A stretch of 49,346 nucleotides of DNA, taken from contig JAHBMJ010000375.1 in assembly GCA_018398765.1 (NCBI GenBank), forward strand, positions 1-49,346. Reading direction: 5' to 3'. The translations under genes were made by a program, and so were the position numbers. This document shows positions 47,207 to 49,346 of this stretch, piece by piece. This DNA comes from Chromera velia (taxonomy: Eukaryota). Position 1 is the first letter of the stretch, and each line of letters starts with the position of its first letter. The notes under the pieces were generated by a model. The model made no database searches. It had not been told where the DNA came from and worked only from the letters and a program-made list of their open reading frames with translations.

Positions 47207-48180
47207 ATGTTACCGTCTGTTTTGCATTTTAGTCAGATCTTCGTTCATGTTGAGGACATTAAGAACTTTTATCCTTCAATTCCCCGAACATTGGTTCTTC
47301 ATTTACTTTCTTGTGTATTTGATGAGCTTCGCGCATCTCGTCGGTATTCTTTTTTGGTATTGCCTTTTTCTTCTGTTGGGGGTGTTCGGATTCATTCTGC
47401 CACAATCATGGGGAGAGGAGGGAGAAAGTGGACGCCCAAGGGTCACAATTGGCCTACAGCTTTTCTTTCAACATACGGCCGGTTCTAGAATGCATGGGCA
47501 CTTTCTTTTGACAAAATTCTGGATTTTGTGAAATTGGACTTTGCGACCTGCTTTGTGGCTATTGGGAATCGTCATGTGTGGCAGCGGCAGGGGTTTGCAC
47601 AAGGCTTTCCTCTGTTACCAGTCCTTGCGAATGGAAGTGCGGCTTTGGTCGAACGTGATTGGGCCACAGCCCGGGGGATTAGCTCCTTGTCGGACAGTAA
47701 GCGTGTGGTGCGAAGATGGATGGATGATCGGCTCCTGGTTGCTCGCCTTCCCTCTGCTTTAGAAAAAGATCACATATGTGCAAGTCTTCGCAGGGAGGAT
47801 TTTTATGCTGTTGAATGTGTACTTGAGGAGCAAAATTTGAACACTTTTCTACACTGGCCCGGCCAGTTCGAGCTTCGTCCATACGACTGCTGTACCCGCT
47901 TGTTTTTATTGCCGAAGGACCCCAATCGCTGTCGTGTTTCTTTGCTAGCTGGTAGAGTGAAAGCTCCTCTTCCCTTTCCTCGCTATGCTCATGCGCGATC
48001 AGCTGTTCCTGCACATCGTCTTCTTGACACTTTGCGTTCTCATATTTTGCGTGCATTTCTTTTTTCGTCATGTTCTGATTCTTTGTTTGTTGCAGTTTTA
48101 TGTGGTGTGTAGAAAGAATTGCAGGAGTGCGGTTTTTTTTTGCGTGACATCCGTTGCATCACTTTTGGTTTGCTTTTAGC
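47207..48180 (+). pseudogene. Decayed Penelope-like (PLE) reverse transcriptase
   Basis: ORFs 47207-47488 and 47528-48112 are in one frame across a TAG. Motif A DIKNFYPSIP, motif B' QGFAQGFPLLPVLAN, motif C RRWMDD, and a PLE-type thumb RYAHARSAVP...LRSHILRAFLFSS...*KELQECGF. Confidence 0.8.
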
Positions 48181-48947
48181 AGCCGGTCTTGGTCACCTTC
48201 GCGATCGGCTTTGAAGGAGAGAATTTGAGTTTTATAGCTGCCCTTAGGGCGGCTGCAATTTTATATCGGTTGGCGCATGGTGAAGGGCGGGCGCGCACCA
48301 TGCACCGCTGTTTTGCTTTCGTCCGCGGCGTGCCATACATTTGTTTTTGTAGCATTGGCATGCTTTTGTGTGAGTTAGCATGCATGGGCCATCCGAGATT
48401 AATGTGCACTTTGCCTATGATTTCGACAATTCGCATGCAGGCCCTTTGGATCGAAACCGCTCGATCTTCTCACTTCCTGCAGAGGATGTTGAAAGCTGAC
48501 ACTCCGCAAACGTCTGACAGGGTGCATGGAAGTCAGAAAATACAGTTGATCAATGCAATTTGGTATACTGATATACGATCTGTTCTATAATCTATTATTT
48601 GAAAGCTTAATAAAGCGGTCCTAATGGTCCTAAAAATTGTAAAAAGATGCGTATACTAAAGATCTAGCTACTAGCTAGCTCAAATTCTAGGCAAAAACAC
48701 TTAAAGTTTTATATACGACGATTATCAAACTTATAGAGTATATAGTACTCAGCCGCTAGCTTGTATATGTATACTAAATTAAAAACTGTTTTTTCATATT
48801 TTTTGCTTAGTCATTCAGTCTAGCATCGATGCAGTTACTTTTAATTAATAATCCACTTAGCAAACAATTGACGAGACAATTAATTGATCAAACATAAGTC
48901 TGTCAACAAGGCTATATATAATCAAAAAATATATTTATTCATAAAAT

Positions 48948-49045
48948 CAGAACGGCGCAATGCGCGCGCGAATATTTGCAAACGTGCAGAACGGCGCAAT
49001 GCAGAACGGCGCAATGCGCGCGCAAATATTTGCAAACGTGCAGAA
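48948..49045. repeat. GC-rich tandem repeat (CAGAACGGCGCAATGCGCGCGCRAATATTTGCAAACGTG)
   Basis: Two ~39-bp copies plus a partial 14-bp unit inside AT-rich DNA. Confidence 0.8.
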
Positions 49046-49346
49046 ATAAAATGCATGCATGTAAAAGCATGTTTGAGGCAATTCAAATTGATGTTCATGC
49101 ATTCGTAGTCAATGCAAGACACAAAAGCAGACAAAGACTACTCTGGGCAACTGCCAGAGGTTTCGCGTAAGAAGTAGATCTTCATGTCGATCATGTCTAG
49201 AGCGCTAGCTCTTTCTGCTGGTGCTCTCTGCATGCGGGCAAAGACCTGTCCCGTGTTCTCTTGTTCAAAGACTTGACCGATAGAGAGCTCAGTCTGCTTC
49301 CCTCTCTCTGTCGCTGCTAACCTTCGGGTTGTGAGTCTGGATTTCT

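Noticed and set aside
47100..49346. Hammerhead ribozyme or pseudo-LTR associated with the Penelope-like RT
   Set aside because: I could not find a CUGANGA...GAAA core with compatible stems, or a direct terminal repeat, by eye.

Overview
Eukaryotic nuclear DNA with GT-AG introns rich in microsatellites and abundant TGCATG motifs. It resembles a chromerid alveolate such as Chromera (inferred from style, not proven). Host genes: an RFC5/Rfc3-type clamp-loader subunit (528-1661, +); a ~10.6 kb multi-exon minus-strand gene with N-terminal TPR-like repeats, a strongly degenerate formin FH2 domain and poly-proline repeats placed after the FH2 (4570-~15206); a divergently transcribed two-exon membrane-anchored charged protein (15842-16626); and a multi-exon RI-like LRR gene (18600-~23521, -). 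Most of the rest is transposon-derived: a full-length but nonsense-mutated Ty3/Gypsy LTR element (24327-30560) with 268-bp LTRs, a PBS, a -1 frameshift signal and a chromodomain-like tail; several non-autonomous TIR elements with TSDs, including an A-B-A composite; a higher-order satellite; a long palindrome with a flipped partial copy; and a decayed Penelope-like RT. Differences between repeat copies and the TE nonsense codons are overwhelmingly C>T/G>A, often CpA>TpA, which suggests RIP-like or methylation-driven hypermutation of repeats. Everything was read by eye and no database searches were run.
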